62,194 nucleotides of DNA from an uncultured Fidelibacterota bacterium (GTDB taxonomy: Bacteria; Fidelibacterota; Marinisomatia; Marinisomatales; Marinisomataceae): the NCBI GenBank assembly GCA_902575395.1, contig CACGRA010000003.1, positions 1-62,194 of the forward strand. Direction: 5' to 3'. A model generated the notes under the pieces. It saw only the letters and a program-made list of their open reading frames with translations, did no database searches and was not told where the DNA came from. Position numbers and translations under genes: made by a program. Numbering within the stretch: position 1 is the stretch's first letter; each line of letters begins with the position of its first letter. This document shows positions 47,895-57,995 of this stretch, one piece after another.

Positions 47895-48941
47895 ATGAAT
47901 AATCAAAATTTTGTTATATGGATATTTTCCATCTTTTTGATAATTGTTTCTTGTAACCAATCTCCAAGTTTTTCAATTACGGATATCAAACAATTATCAT
48001 TTGAAGGGGACAATGGCGAAGCCTATTTCAACCATGATAATTCGAAATTAATTTTCCAATCAAAACGTGAAGATTCAGAGTGTGATAAGCTTTATTTGAT
48101 TGATACAAACGGTGAATCATTAATTCCTTTCAGTTTAACAGATGGAGCATTTACGTGTGCTTATTATAGTTTAAATGATACATACATCTTTTTCTCTTCA
48201 ACGATGCAAGATGGACCTGAGTGTCCAGAAATCTATCAACATCCGAACCCACGTAAATATATTTGGCCATTACGCAATTATGAAATATTCCGTTGGGACG
48301 GATCTGAAGCTGTTCAATTAACAGATTATCCTGGTTATAATGCTGAAGCAACTATTCATCCCACAGAAGAAAAAATTATTTTTACTTCATTACGTGATGG
48401 TGATATTGATTTATATGAGATGGATTATAATGGAGAGAATTTAAAACGTATCACAACAGAATTTGGATATGATGGAGGGGCATTTTATTCTCCGAATGGT
48501 GACAATATTGTATGGCGTGCCTGGTATCCTCAAACCGATGAGGAAAGAGAACAATGGTCTACAAATTTAACCAATCTCTATATTGATGCTGTTCCATTGG
48601 ATATATATGTTGCAAAACGAGATGGGTCAGATAGAAAACGCCTTACAGACAATGGAGCAACCAATTGGGCTCCATCTTGGCATCCTGATGGAGAACATAT
48701 TGTATTTTCTTCAAATATGGATGACTGGAGAGATGACTATAATGCCTTCGGTAGCAATTTTGAATTATATATTATTAATGTCCATACATCAAAACTGACA
48801 CGTCTTACCAATAATGACACATTTGATTCATTTCCGGTGATATCTGAGGGTGGAAAAATTGTATTTTCATCAAACAGAAATGCAAAAAATCCGCGTCAAA
48901 CCAACATATTTATTGGAAAAATAGATACATTTCTCGACTAA
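47895..48941 (+). CDS. TolB-like/PD40 beta-propeller lipoprotein
   Basis: Lipobox IVSC, repeated 'RLT....D..P..SPDG..I.F.S' units. Confidence 0.85.
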   Translation: MNNQNFVIWIFSIFLIIVSCNQSPSFSITDIKQLSFEGDNGEAYFNHDNSKLIFQSKREDSECDKLYLIDTNGESLIPFSLTDGAFTCAYYSLNDTYIFFSSTMQDGPECPEIYQHPNPRKYIWPLRNYEIFRWDGSEAVQLTDYPGYNAEATIHPTEEKIIFTSLRDGDIDLYEMDYNGENLKRITTEFGYDGGAFYSPNGDNIVWRAWYPQTDEEREQWSTNLTNLYIDAVPLDIYVAKRDGSDRKRLTDNGATNWAPSWHPDGEHIVFSSNMDDWRDDYNAFGSNFELYIINVHTSKLTRLTNNDTFDSFPVISEGGKIVFSSNRNAKNPRQTNIFIGKIDTFLD

Positions 48942-48949
48942 GAATACCC

Positions 48950-48974
48950 TTTATTGAGATTTATTCTCAATAAA
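48950..48974. promoter_or_regulatory. Fur-box-like inverted repeat 1
   Basis: Perfect inverted repeat TTTATTGAGA-TTTAT-TCTCAATAAA upstream of the TonB receptor. Confidence 0.7.
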
Positions 48975-48976
48975 TC

Positions 48977-49005
48977 TTGTTTTTTTATTTTTTTGATTAT
49001 ATAAT
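48977..49005 (+). promoter_or_regulatory. Sigma70-type promoter of the TonB receptor gene
   Basis: TTGTTT-17 nt-TATAAT. Confidence 0.6.
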
Positions 49006-49022
49006 TGAGACGATTTCTCAAT
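49004..49022. promoter_or_regulatory. Fur-box-like inverted repeat 2
   Basis: ATTGAGA-CGATT-TCTCAAT overlapping the -10/+1 region. Confidence 0.65.
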
Positions 49023-49036
49023 AAAAAAGGGGTATT

Positions 49037-51415
49037 ATGAAAAAAACAATATTATTTTTAACGTTTTTTGGGTTGATTTTCGCTCAAGTAACAGGCTCTG
49101 TTACTGATTCAGATGGTAATCCTATTGCTGATGCAAATATTGTATTAGATAATGGTATGGGCGCAGCTAGCGGAGATGATGGAAGTTTTTCATTCTCTAC
49201 AAATCTTCCAGCAATGATGACCGTTTCAGCTGTAGGATTTGAAGACCTTACTTTGTCAGTAACAGAAAGCAATGTAACTATTATGCTTAATAGCGAACCA
49301 ATTGCATTAGATCCAATTGATGTTCTTGCAAGTGCTTCTAGTATTACTGCAGGTATGTATTTAAGATCAGTACATCCTAGCGCTGTAGCAACTGAGCTAG
49401 AGCTAAAACAGTTCGATAATACAGATGTGATGCGTGTTCTTGGAAGAATTCCTGGTGTTTATGTTCAAGATGAAGACGGGTATGGATTAAGACCTAATGT
49501 TGGTATTCGCGGTACTGGTTTATCACGTATGGAAAAACTTAATGTAATGGAAGACGGTATTCTTATTGCTCCAGCACCTTATGCTTCTCCAGCCGCATAC
49601 TATTCTCCAACAATGGGTAGAATGGAACGCCTTGAAGTACGTAAAGGGTCAGCACAGATTAAATATGGTCCATTTACTACAGGCGGTTCTTTAAATTATG
49701 TTTCAGCCTCAATTCCTGATAGCAAATTGACCCATGTTGATTTAACTGTAGGAAGTTTTGCTAGAAATACTTTACACGTAAAACATGGTGATGACAAAGG
49801 AAATGTTGCTTATTTGGTTCAATTATTTAATGATAAAACTGATGGATTCAAGGAATTAGATGGCGGGGGAAATACAGGCTATTCTAAACTTGATCTTCTA
49901 ACAAAGGTCCGTTATATGATTAATGATAATCATGCAATGGAAATGAAGTGGTCTATGACTGATGAAATATCTGATGAAACATATCTTGGATTAACTGATG
50001 ATGATTTTGCTAAAAATCCACTAAGAAGATATCGTGCAACTCAGTTAGATGAGATGGACGCAGATCATTCACAGTTTGTATTATCTTACGCAGCTAAATT
50101 ATCTGACAATCTATCTTTAAGTGCGTCATGGTATCGTAATGATTTTGCGAGAAACTGGTTTAAGTTGAACAAAGTTAATGGCGCAAAATTAAGCACTATT
50201 GCAGGAGACCCTAGTAGTGATGGATGGGCAGATTTTTATGCGTTAATGGATGCTACAGAAAGCGCTGATGATGCATATAGAGTAAAAGCAAATAATAGAG
50301 AATATTACTCTCAAGGATTGCAAGCAGTTCTTAATGCTTCTCTTGGAAATCATGATCTTCAAGCCGGACTTAGAGTTCATTATGATGAAATGGATAGATT
50401 TCAATGGGAACACAGATATAAAATGTCTGGTGGTAAGCTAGTAATGACAACTGAGGCCGTTAAAGGTTCTGATTCTAATAGAATCGACTCTGCTGACGCT
50501 ACAGCTCTATTTATTGAAGATAGAATGACTTCAGGAGACTGGACTGTAACAGGTGGTTTTAGATATGAATCAATTACAGTAAATAGAGATGATTGGGGCA
50601 AAACTGACCCTGATCGTTCTGAAACACCATCAACAAAAGATCAAACAATTGATGTGATTGTTCCTGGTGTTTCTGTTGAGTATGCTCTTTCACCAAAACA
50701 AACATTATCTTATGGTATCCATAAAGGATTTGCTCCTTATGGACCAGGGGGTGTTACAGTTGTTGATGGCGTAACTCAAGAAATAGAACCTGAAACAAGC
50801 ATTAACCATGAAATAGGGTGGAGATCATATAATGGATTAGAAGGTATGGAGTTTACATACTTTATGAACAATTATGATAATCTTCTAGGAGCAGACACTC
50901 AAGCTGCTGGAACTGGAACTGATGCACTATATAACGGTGGAGCTGTTGATATTTCAGGGTTCGAGTTATATCTTAGACGTATGCTATGGGAAGGATCAGG
51001 AATTCAAATACCTGTAGAGCTTGCATATACACATACTAATACAGAATTTAAAGAATCATTTGATGGTGATTTTTGGGGTGATGTATCATCTGGAGATGAA
51101 CTTCCATATGTTCCTAGCGATATATTGTATTTAAACGTTGGGATGAATATGGGTATAATGTCCAGTAATGTATCTTTAAAACATACTTCAGAAATGAGAA
51201 CATCAGCTGGTTCTGGTAGTCTTGATGACGCAGAATCAACAGACGCATTAATGATTGTTGATGTTGCAACAAACTTTGAAGTTCAAAACAATATGGTTCT
51301 ATCGCTTCATATCAAGAATTTATTTGATGAGAATGGGGTTGCTGCAAGAAGACCTTATGGTGTTCGCCCATCAATGCCTAGAACAATATCACTTGGACTT
51401 TCATATACTTTTTAA
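49037..51415 (+). CDS. TonB-dependent receptor, FecA-like iron family
   Basis: N-terminal carboxypeptidase-regulatory-like domain, EDGYGLRPN.GIRG, APAPY..PAAYY.P, EV.KG, NLFD, C-terminal Phe. Confidence 0.92.
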   Translation: MKKTILFLTFFGLIFAQVTGSVTDSDGNPIADANIVLDNGMGAASGDDGSFSFSTNLPAMMTVSAVGFEDLTLSVTESNVTIMLNSEPIALDPIDVLASASSITAGMYLRSVHPSAVATELELKQFDNTDVMRVLGRIPGVYVQDEDGYGLRPNVGIRGTGLSRMEKLNVMEDGILIAPAPYASPAAYYSPTMGRMERLEVRKGSAQIKYGPFTTGGSLNYVSASIPDSKLTHVDLTVGSFARNTLHVKHGDDKGNVAYLVQLFNDKTDGFKELDGGGNTGYSKLDLLTKVRYMINDNHAMEMKWSMTDEISDETYLGLTDDDFAKNPLRRYRATQLDEMDADHSQFVLSYAAKLSDNLSLSASWYRNDFARNWFKLNKVNGAKLSTIAGDPSSDGWADFYALMDATESADDAYRVKANNREYYSQGLQAVLNASLGNHDLQAGLRVHYDEMDRFQWEHRYKMSGGKLVMTTEAVKGSDSNRIDSADATALFIEDRMTSGDWTVTGGFRYESITVNRDDWGKTDPDRSETPSTKDQTIDVIVPGVSVEYALSPKQTLSYGIHKGFAPYGPGGVTVVDGVTQEIEPETSINHEIGWRSYNGLEGMEFTYFMNNYDNLLGADTQAAGTGTDALYNGGAVDISGFELYLRRMLWEGSGIQIPVELAYTHTNTEFKESFDGDFWGDVSSGDELPYVPSDILYLNVGMNMGIMSSNVSLKHTSEMRTSAGSGSLDDAESTDALMIVDVATNFEVQNNMVLSLHIKNLFDENGVAARRPYGVRPSMPRTISLGLSYTF

Positions 51416-51496
51416 GGGGATATATAAACTTGTCATAACTTCTATCTAGAAACCTCGTAATTAGTATCATAAAACTAGATTGCCTTAAAAAGTTAG

Positions 51497-51530
51497 AAGT
51501 AGCGCCCGATTAATCGGGCGTTACTTTTTT
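51497..51530 (+). terminator. Intrinsic terminator
   Basis: AAGTAGCGCCCGAT-TA-ATCGGGCGTTACTT followed by a T run. Confidence 0.88.
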
Positions 51531-51586
51531 ATAGACAAAAAATGATAGTGAACTTATTTGTTAATTGAAAAAAAATAATTATACTT

Positions 51587-53806
51587 ATGTCTCTTATGAG
51601 ATATAAAATTTTACTTTATATAACGTTTGTCAGTGCGCTCTATTCACAGACTTTTTTAGATCTCACTCCACGTCCTTCATATGATATCCAAAAAATTGAT
51701 TCTTCTATTATAGTAGATGGACAGTTAAACGAATCTGTATGGGAATCTGCTCAGATTGCAACGGGATTCACTGATACAGGTATTTTTCAAGGAGAAAAAT
51801 CTGCATTTAAAACTGAAGTAAAAGCTTTGTATGATAATCAAAATTTATATGTAGGATTTATTGCTTATACTCCTCCTGAAAAGATAAGAACATCTATTTC
51901 GAAAAGAGATAATATTAACGATGACGACGATTATGTAGGTATCCAACTTGACTTGTTTGATGATGAGGCTCTTATCTATGGAATCGCAGCTAGTCCATCT
52001 GCGACACAAATTGATGGCCGTTCTGGTTTTGGATTTGATAAATCTTTGGATTTAATATTTGATGTCCAGACAACCATTACAGATTATGGGTATATCGTAG
52101 AATTTGCAATTCCATTTTCGAGTTTAAGATATTCTGTAGCCAAAACACAAAATTGGAGAATAAATTTTTATCGCAGATATACAACCGATGATGAGATTGG
52201 ACATGAAGTATTTTGGGCATCAACGGTGCGAGGGATAGAATGTCAAAGCTGTCAGATGGCTTATTTAAATAACATTGAGCCACCAAAACAAGAAAGAGGA
52301 GATGTTGAGTATATTCCCTCATTAGTTGGTGGATACTCTCAAGATTTTAGGAATGATTCAACCAGCGATAACTTTGAACCTTCTTTATTTGTTAAATATC
52401 CTATTTCATCTGTTGATTTACTTGAAGTGGCATTAAATCCTGATTTCAGTCAGATTGAATCAGACGATATCCAAAATGATATTAATACTGTTAATGCATT
52501 ATATTTTAGAGAAAGAAGACCTTTTTTTAGTGAAGGTGCAGAGCTTTTTAAATTCAACTCAGATCGTGGTTATATTAATCTTTTTTATTCAAGAACAATT
52601 AATGACCCATCTGTAGCATTAAAATATACAGGGAAAGTTGGAAAAACAGCTTTTGGAGTAATTAGCGCAATAGATGAATCCTCTCTATTATTACTTCCTT
52701 TTGAAGAATCAAGCACTGTTGTTCCAATGGGTGAAAGTACATCTAATATTGTCCGTATAAAGCGTATGTTAAAAAATGCAGGCGAACTTGGTGCTATTAT
52801 CACTAATCGTACATTTGATAAAGGCGGAGATATGACAACTGCAGGGGTTGATTTTCATTATCATCCTGGAAATAATTTGCATTTAACGTTACATGCTACA
52901 AGTTCAATTCATAATGAATCTGATAATTTAGAGTACAACCCCGAAGATGAAGAAGACCAAACATTTGATAAATATACCAAAGCGTTTGATGGGGAAGAAG
53001 TAACTGGAAATGCGATGGGTTTTAGTTTGTCAAAATTTGACAGACATGATAGTGCTGGATTTACAGTGAGACTACGTTCTCCTGGGTTTCGAACTAGTAA
53101 TGGTTTTGAAAGAAATAATTCAACAAAATGGATAAAGCTTTCAAGAGGAAAAAACATTTACTATGATAATCATCCAAAATTATTAAAATCTGAACATTCT
53201 ATTCAATTAGTACATAAAGAAAATTATAGCGGGCTTACAAAAAAACAAGAAATCACTATCAAGAATGGATTTAATTTTAAGAATGGATTTAATTTGAGTT
53301 TTGCAGGCGAAATCCAAGATGAAAATTTTAGAGGATTGCAGTTTAATAACCATTCAGATTTCACAGTATCTTTCACTGGAAAACTTAACCCAAATACTAA
53401 AATTCATTCTGGAATTAATTTTAATGATGAAATTATCAGATATTTATCTGTACCTGAGGTTACTTGGGAAAATAATATTTGGTTTTATACAGAAATTAAG
53501 CTGTCTAACCAATCTAATTTTTCTGTTGGCATTAACTATGAAGAAGCTCAAGAGTATTATGATGGTTTTTTAATCAATGCACGTTATACACACTCGTTTA
53601 CATCTAAACTTTCTATGAGAGCTAAAGTGCAGTATAGTGATTTTTCAAATACATGGTTCATTGAACCATTATTAACCTATCAACCAAATGCATTTTCTGC
53701 GTTATATTTTGGAGTTAATGATCTTCTTAATACTGAGGATGATATGTTTTCAAATTTAACAGAGTCAGAACGTCAATTATTTGTTAAGTTTCAATACTTA
53801 TTTTAG
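51587..53806 (+). CDS. CBM9-like plus DUF5916 domain outer-membrane protein
   Basis: DG.L.E..W, YD..NLY, EFAIPF.SLR, NPDFSQIE.D, E.RPFF.EG, F.SR.I. Confidence 0.82.
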   Translation: MSLMRYKILLYITFVSALYSQTFLDLTPRPSYDIQKIDSSIIVDGQLNESVWESAQIATGFTDTGIFQGEKSAFKTEVKALYDNQNLYVGFIAYTPPEKIRTSISKRDNINDDDDYVGIQLDLFDDEALIYGIAASPSATQIDGRSGFGFDKSLDLIFDVQTTITDYGYIVEFAIPFSSLRYSVAKTQNWRINFYRRYTTDDEIGHEVFWASTVRGIECQSCQMAYLNNIEPPKQERGDVEYIPSLVGGYSQDFRNDSTSDNFEPSLFVKYPISSVDLLEVALNPDFSQIESDDIQNDINTVNALYFRERRPFFSEGAELFKFNSDRGYINLFYSRTINDPSVALKYTGKVGKTAFGVISAIDESSLLLLPFEESSTVVPMGESTSNIVRIKRMLKNAGELGAIITNRTFDKGGDMTTAGVDFHYHPGNNLHLTLHATSSIHNESDNLEYNPEDEEDQTFDKYTKAFDGEEVTGNAMGFSLSKFDRHDSAGFTVRLRSPGFRTSNGFERNNSTKWIKLSRGKNIYYDNHPKLLKSEHSIQLVHKENYSGLTKKQEITIKNGFNFKNGFNLSFAGEIQDENFRGLQFNNHSDFTVSFTGKLNPNTKIHSGINFNDEIIRYLSVPEVTWENNIWFYTEIKLSNQSNFSVGINYEEAQEYYDGFLINARYTHSFTSKLSMRAKVQYSDFSNTWFIEPLLTYQPNAFSALYFGVNDLLNTEDDMFSNLTESERQLFVKFQYLF
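53261..53295 (+). repeat. 18-nt-period tandem duplication inside CDS
   Basis: AAGAATGGATTTAATTT(T) x2, encoding KNGFNF-KNGFNL. Confidence 0.7.
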
Positions 53807-53809
53807 ATA

Positions 53810-54262
53810 ATGAAAAGAATATTACTAATATTATTTGTATTAACATTTTATAGCTGTGCTGTTTCTATAGGCAACAGTGCTCCAATTGAAACTAATGCTA
53901 AAGACGCTGTCAAAAATGGTAACAGTGTTTATAATTCAAATGCCAATACTATGGTTGCATTTAATAAGATTTTACCTAAGAAGCGTGCCGCATTTGAAAT
54001 GTTAAATAAAACAATTATTATGCCAGCGATTCAACGTGTTAATCCATCAGTTTACAACAGTTTAACATTTTTATCGCCTGATGATCAAAATGAGGATGGA
54101 ACCTATACTTTTCTTTATATTGCTAATCCTTACCTAGAAAATCAAAGTTATGATATTCTATCAATGTTGATTGAAGTTCACGGTAGAACAAGAGCAGAAG
54201 AATATTTTAAGCTATGGCTTGATTGTTTTTCTGAAGAACAAGATACATTATTGTTTAGATGA
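53810..54262 (+). CDS. Hypothetical lipoprotein
   Basis: Lipobox FYSC; 150-aa ORF in operon context. Confidence 0.7.
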   Translation: MKRILLILFVLTFYSCAVSIGNSAPIETNAKDAVKNGNSVYNSNANTMVAFNKILPKKRAAFEMLNKTIIMPAIQRVNPSVYNSLTFLSPDDQNEDGTYTFLYIANPYLENQSYDILSMLIEVHGRTRAEEYFKLWLDCFSEEQDTLLFR

Positions 54263-54978
54263 TAAATTCATATCTTTTTCACTGGTTCTGTGTTAAATTT
54301 TTTAAAATGCAAATCCGAAAGAATTTTTTTATCACACTATTTAGTTGTTCATTTCTTTTTGCACAAACCTTACAAGTCGACGATGCAACACTTTCTTCAG
54401 GTGGTGGATATGTTGGAGGAACAACACTAGGAATTACTGAAACTGATGTTACAATTTATTCCAATGCAATGGTTCATAACTTATATGTATGGGGAATTCC
54501 TTGGTATTCTGAAACAAGAACTTTCCCAGCACGTGTAAATTTGCCTCTTGACAATAGATCTTACGTAATTAGCTTATACAAGAAATCACACTATAAAGCT
54601 ATAGCACAAGAATTACAGACATTTGATTTTGATAACAGACCATTGGAAGAATTTGAATTTTTACAAGATCAATTAGAACGCATGAGAATTGGTTCAAAAA
54701 TAGTAAGACCAATTCCTGGCAGTTCAGAATCTGTGTATCTTATTTATTGTGATGAAGAAGATATTTCTTGTGAAGAAGGATTGCATTGGCGAGATGGGTT
54801 TTTGGCAAAATTTTATGATCAAAAACAAGAAATGTATATGAACTCCGAATTAAACAAACCTAACAAATATTTAAGTGAAGAAGAAAAAGCGCTAATCAAA
54901 AAACATCGTGGAGGTGTTGGGATATTAGTAGGGGTGTTCTCTATGGGTATTTGGTTGCTTGACAGATCGCTACAGTGA
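54259..54978 (+). CDS. Hypothetical exported protein with C-terminal membrane anchor
   Basis: Signal-like segment from Met at 54307 (likely alternative start); hydrophobic C-terminus. Confidence 0.6.
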   Translation: MINSYLFHWFCVKFFKMQIRKNFFITLFSCSFLFAQTLQVDDATLSSGGGYVGGTTLGITETDVTIYSNAMVHNLYVWGIPWYSETRTFPARVNLPLDNRSYVISLYKKSHYKAIAQELQTFDFDNRPLEEFEFLQDQLERMRIGSKIVRPIPGSSESVYLIYCDEEDISCEEGLHWRDGFLAKFYDQKQEMYMNSELNKPNKYLSEEEKALIKKHRGGVGILVGVFSMGIWLLDRSLQ

Positions 54979-56915
54979 AGAATATTTCTATAAATATCGT
55001 TGGTTTTTCTACTGAATCTTATCCTTCTGGAACTACACCATCAGAAGTGTTAGAATCCTTAAAAGGTGGACCAAAAAATACTATTATCTGTAAAGTTGAT
55101 AATATATTAACTGATTTAAATGAACCATTAAACCAAGATGTTAAGCTGCAGTTCTTAGATGGAAAAAGCAAAGATGGTCATAGTGTATTATTACACAGTA
55201 CAGCGCATTTAATGGCGCAAGCAGTAAAACGTTTGTTTCCAAATACAAAAGTAACCATTGGTCCATATTTAGATAATAGATTTTATTATGATTTTGATGT
55301 TGAAACTCCTTTTTCAGAGGAAGATTTAGCTAAAATTGAAAAAGAAATGCATAAAATTTCAAAAGAAAACCTTGAAATCACCCATGAAGTAACTTCAAGA
55401 AAAGATGCACTTGGTTTGTTTAAGAAAATGAAAGAACCATATAAACTTGAAATTATTGATGATTTAGATAAAGAAGAAGTAATCAAGACATATTCACAAG
55501 GAGAATTTACTGACCTTTGTAGAGGGCCTCATGTTCCTTCAACTGGAGTAATTAAACATTTTAAACTATTGTCATCGTCAGCTGCATACTGGAGAGGGGA
55601 TGAGAACAATCAAACTTTACAACGTGTGTATGGCACTTCTTTTCCAGATGAGAAAGATTTAAAAAAATATCTAACAATGTTAGAAGAACAGAAAAAACGC
55701 GATCATCGTAAAATTGGCAAAGAACTTGATTTATATTTTCACGATGAAGAAGTCGGGCCTGGTTTGCCATTATGGACTCCAAATGGTGCAGTAATTATTG
55801 ATGAACTAGAAGCATTAGCAAAAGAAAAAGAAGATTTAAGCGGGTATAAAAGAGTGCGTACACCGCACTTAACAAAAGGAACTCTTTATGAAAAATCTGG
55901 GCATCTAGAGCATTATATATCAAGCATGTATCCTGCAATGGATGTTGATGGTTTGGATTATTATATGAAACCAATGAATTGTCCTCATCATCATAAGATT
56001 TATGCTAATACGCCGAAAAGTTATCGTGATTTACCATATCGTTTATCAGAATATGGAACATGTTATCGTTATGAAAAATCTGGAGAGTTATTTGGGTTAA
56101 TGCGTGTTAGAAGTATGCAAATGAATGATGCACACATCTATTGCACTGAAGACCAGTTTAAGGAAGAATTTATTGGTGTATGTAATCTTTATATGGACTA
56201 TTTCAAGATATTTGGCATTGAGAAATATGAAATGCGATTAAGTTTACATGATCCAAAAGGATTAGGAAAAAAATATATTAACAATCCAGAGCTTTGGAAA
56301 AAAACAGAAGAGGATGTTAGAGATGCATTAAAAGATGCTGGATTAAAGTTTGTTGAATCTGTTGGTGATGCTGCATTTTATGGTCCAAAGATTGATGTCC
56401 AAGTATGGAGTGCGATTGGTAAAGAATTTAGCCTTGCAACCAATCAAGTAGATTTTGCGGTTCCAGAGCGTTTTAATCTAACATATACTGATGTGGATGG
56501 AAGCGCTAAGACACCATTATGTATTCATAGAGCTCCTCTTGGAACACATGAGCGTTTTATTGGATTTTTAATCGAACATTTTGGTGGAAATTTTCCATTA
56601 TGGCTAGCTCCTAAGCAAGTTGTTATTTTACCAGTTTCTGATAAACACAATGACTATGCTGATAGTTTATGTCAAGAATTGAAAAAACAAGGTATTAGAG
56701 TTGAAGTAGATAATCGATCAGAGAAGATTGGTGCTAAGATAAGAGATGCAGAGCTACAAAAAATTAATATTATGCTTATTGTTGGAGAGAAAGAAGTAGA
56801 TGATAAATTAGTAACAGTAAGAAGAAGATTTGTTAAAGAACAACAAACTATTTCACTGAAAGAATTTTCTAGTGAAATAAAAAAGGAAATTAAGGAAAGG
56901 AGAGTTACGAATTAA
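54975..56915 (+). CDS. thrS: Threonine--tRNA ligase
   Basis: HSTAH, DLCRGPH, RDHRKIG, KPMNCP, HRA..G..ERF. Confidence 0.97.
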   Translation: MKNISINIVGFSTESYPSGTTPSEVLESLKGGPKNTIICKVDNILTDLNEPLNQDVKLQFLDGKSKDGHSVLLHSTAHLMAQAVKRLFPNTKVTIGPYLDNRFYYDFDVETPFSEEDLAKIEKEMHKISKENLEITHEVTSRKDALGLFKKMKEPYKLEIIDDLDKEEVIKTYSQGEFTDLCRGPHVPSTGVIKHFKLLSSSAAYWRGDENNQTLQRVYGTSFPDEKDLKKYLTMLEEQKKRDHRKIGKELDLYFHDEEVGPGLPLWTPNGAVIIDELEALAKEKEDLSGYKRVRTPHLTKGTLYEKSGHLEHYISSMYPAMDVDGLDYYMKPMNCPHHHKIYANTPKSYRDLPYRLSEYGTCYRYEKSGELFGLMRVRSMQMNDAHIYCTEDQFKEEFIGVCNLYMDYFKIFGIEKYEMRLSLHDPKGLGKKYINNPELWKKTEEDVRDALKDAGLKFVESVGDAAFYGPKIDVQVWSAIGKEFSLATNQVDFAVPERFNLTYTDVDGSAKTPLCIHRAPLGTHERFIGFLIEHFGGNFPLWLAPKQVVILPVSDKHNDYADSLCQELKKQGIRVEVDNRSEKIGAKIRDAELQKINIMLIVGEKEVDDKLVTVRRRFVKEQQTISLKEFSSEIKKEIKERRVTN

Positions 56916-57420
56916 AAAACAAAAAGTAAGAGTAAACGAAAGAATCTATGCAGATGAAGTTCGTTTAATCGATGAAAATAAGAATCAAGTGGGGGTTGTC
57001 AAAATATCTGAAGCTCTAAGATTAGCAAAAGAAGCAGAACTCGATTTAGTTGAAATCTCACCAAAAGCAAAACCGCCTGTGTGCAAAATAATGGACTACG
57101 GGAAATATAAGTATGAAGAAAAAAAGAAGGCTCAACAAGCCAGAAAAAATCATCAAGTAATTAAAGTAAAAGAGTTAAGAATGAGACCAAACATTGGAGA
57201 GCATGACCTTGAAAATAAGCTTAAAATGGGTAGAAAGTTCTTAAGTGCAGGTTATAAGCTCAAATTGAGCATTGTATATCGTGGACGAGAAATGTCCAGA
57301 CAAGATTTAGGTGATGTACTTTTAGATAAAATTGTATTAAATTTGAGTGAGGTTGCAGAAAAGGAAAAAGATAATCCTTTGGCGGGACGAAAAAAATCTA
57401 TAATATTAGCCCCTAAATAA
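56911..57420 (+). CDS. infC: Translation initiation factor IF-3 (ATT start)
   Basis: Frame extends upstream of the called GTG (RVNERI...VRLID) to ATT 56911, preceded by AGGAG; LDLVEI, PPVCKIMDYGK. Confidence 0.93.
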   Translation: MKKQKVRVNERIYADEVRLIDENKNQVGVVKISEALRLAKEAELDLVEISPKAKPPVCKIMDYGKYKYEEKKKAQQARKNHQVIKVKELRMRPNIGEHDLENKLKMGRKFLSAGYKLKLSIVYRGREMSRQDLGDVLLDKIVLNLSEVAEKEKDNPLAGRKKSIILAPK

Positions 57421-57431
57421 GGATATTTATA

Positions 57432-57626
57432 ATGCCGAAACAAAAAACAAGAAAAAGTGTATCAAAACGATTTAAGCTGACTGGTAGCGGAAAAATAAAA
57501 CGCAACAAAGCGGGACACTCGCACATGTTAATACGTAGAGATAACGATGTGAAACGCGCAGCAAAAAAATCAACTCTTGTTGCAGCTTCTGATGAGAAAA
57601 AAGTTAAAAAGATGATGGGAAAGTAG
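57432..57626 (+). CDS. rpmI: 50S ribosomal protein L35
   Basis: MPKQKT...KRFK.TG.GK; position between infC and rplT. Confidence 0.95.
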   Translation: MPKQKTRKSVSKRFKLTGSGKIKRNKAGHSHMLIRRDNDVKRAAKKSTLVAASDEKKVKKMMGK

Positions 57627-57633
57627 GTTAGTC

Positions 57634-57981
57634 ATGCCAAGATCTAATAGTTCAGTTCCAAGACACAGAAGACATCGTAAAACTGTGAAATTAGCCAAAG
57701 GTTATTTTGGAGCAAGAAGTCGCAATTATAAAGCTGCAAAAGATGCAGTTACAAAAGCAGGATTATATGCATATAGAGATAGAAGACAAAAGAAACGTCA
57801 ATTTAGACGTTTATGGATTATACGTATTAATGCTGCTGCAAGATTGAACGGATTATCATATTCAAACTTCTTACACTTACTAAAGGAGAAAGGTGTCGAT
57901 TTAGACAGAAAAGTTCTAGCAGATTTAGCTGTGAACAATCCATCTGTTTTTGAAGACCTAGTAAAATATCTAAAAAAATAA
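57634..57981 (+). CDS. rplT: 50S ribosomal protein L20
   Basis: [29 protein letters not shown]. Confidence 0.97.
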   Translation: MPRSNSSVPRHRRHRKTVKLAKGYFGARSRNYKAAKDAVTKAGLYAYRDRRQKKRQFRRLWIIRINAAARLNGLSYSNFLHLLKEKGVDLDRKVLADLAVNNPSVFEDLVKYLKK

Positions 57982-57995
57982 AGTAAAAGGTGTCC

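Noticed and set aside
48942-49036. Cobalamin or TPP riboswitch before the TonB receptor
   Set aside because: The region is short, extremely AT-rich, lacks riboswitch cores and is explained by a promoter plus operators
32775-54978. Integrative island or prophage at tRNA-Val (or tRNA-Ser)
   Set aside because: No integrase, transposase or phage genes, no duplicated tRNA 3' end noticed, no obvious composition shift
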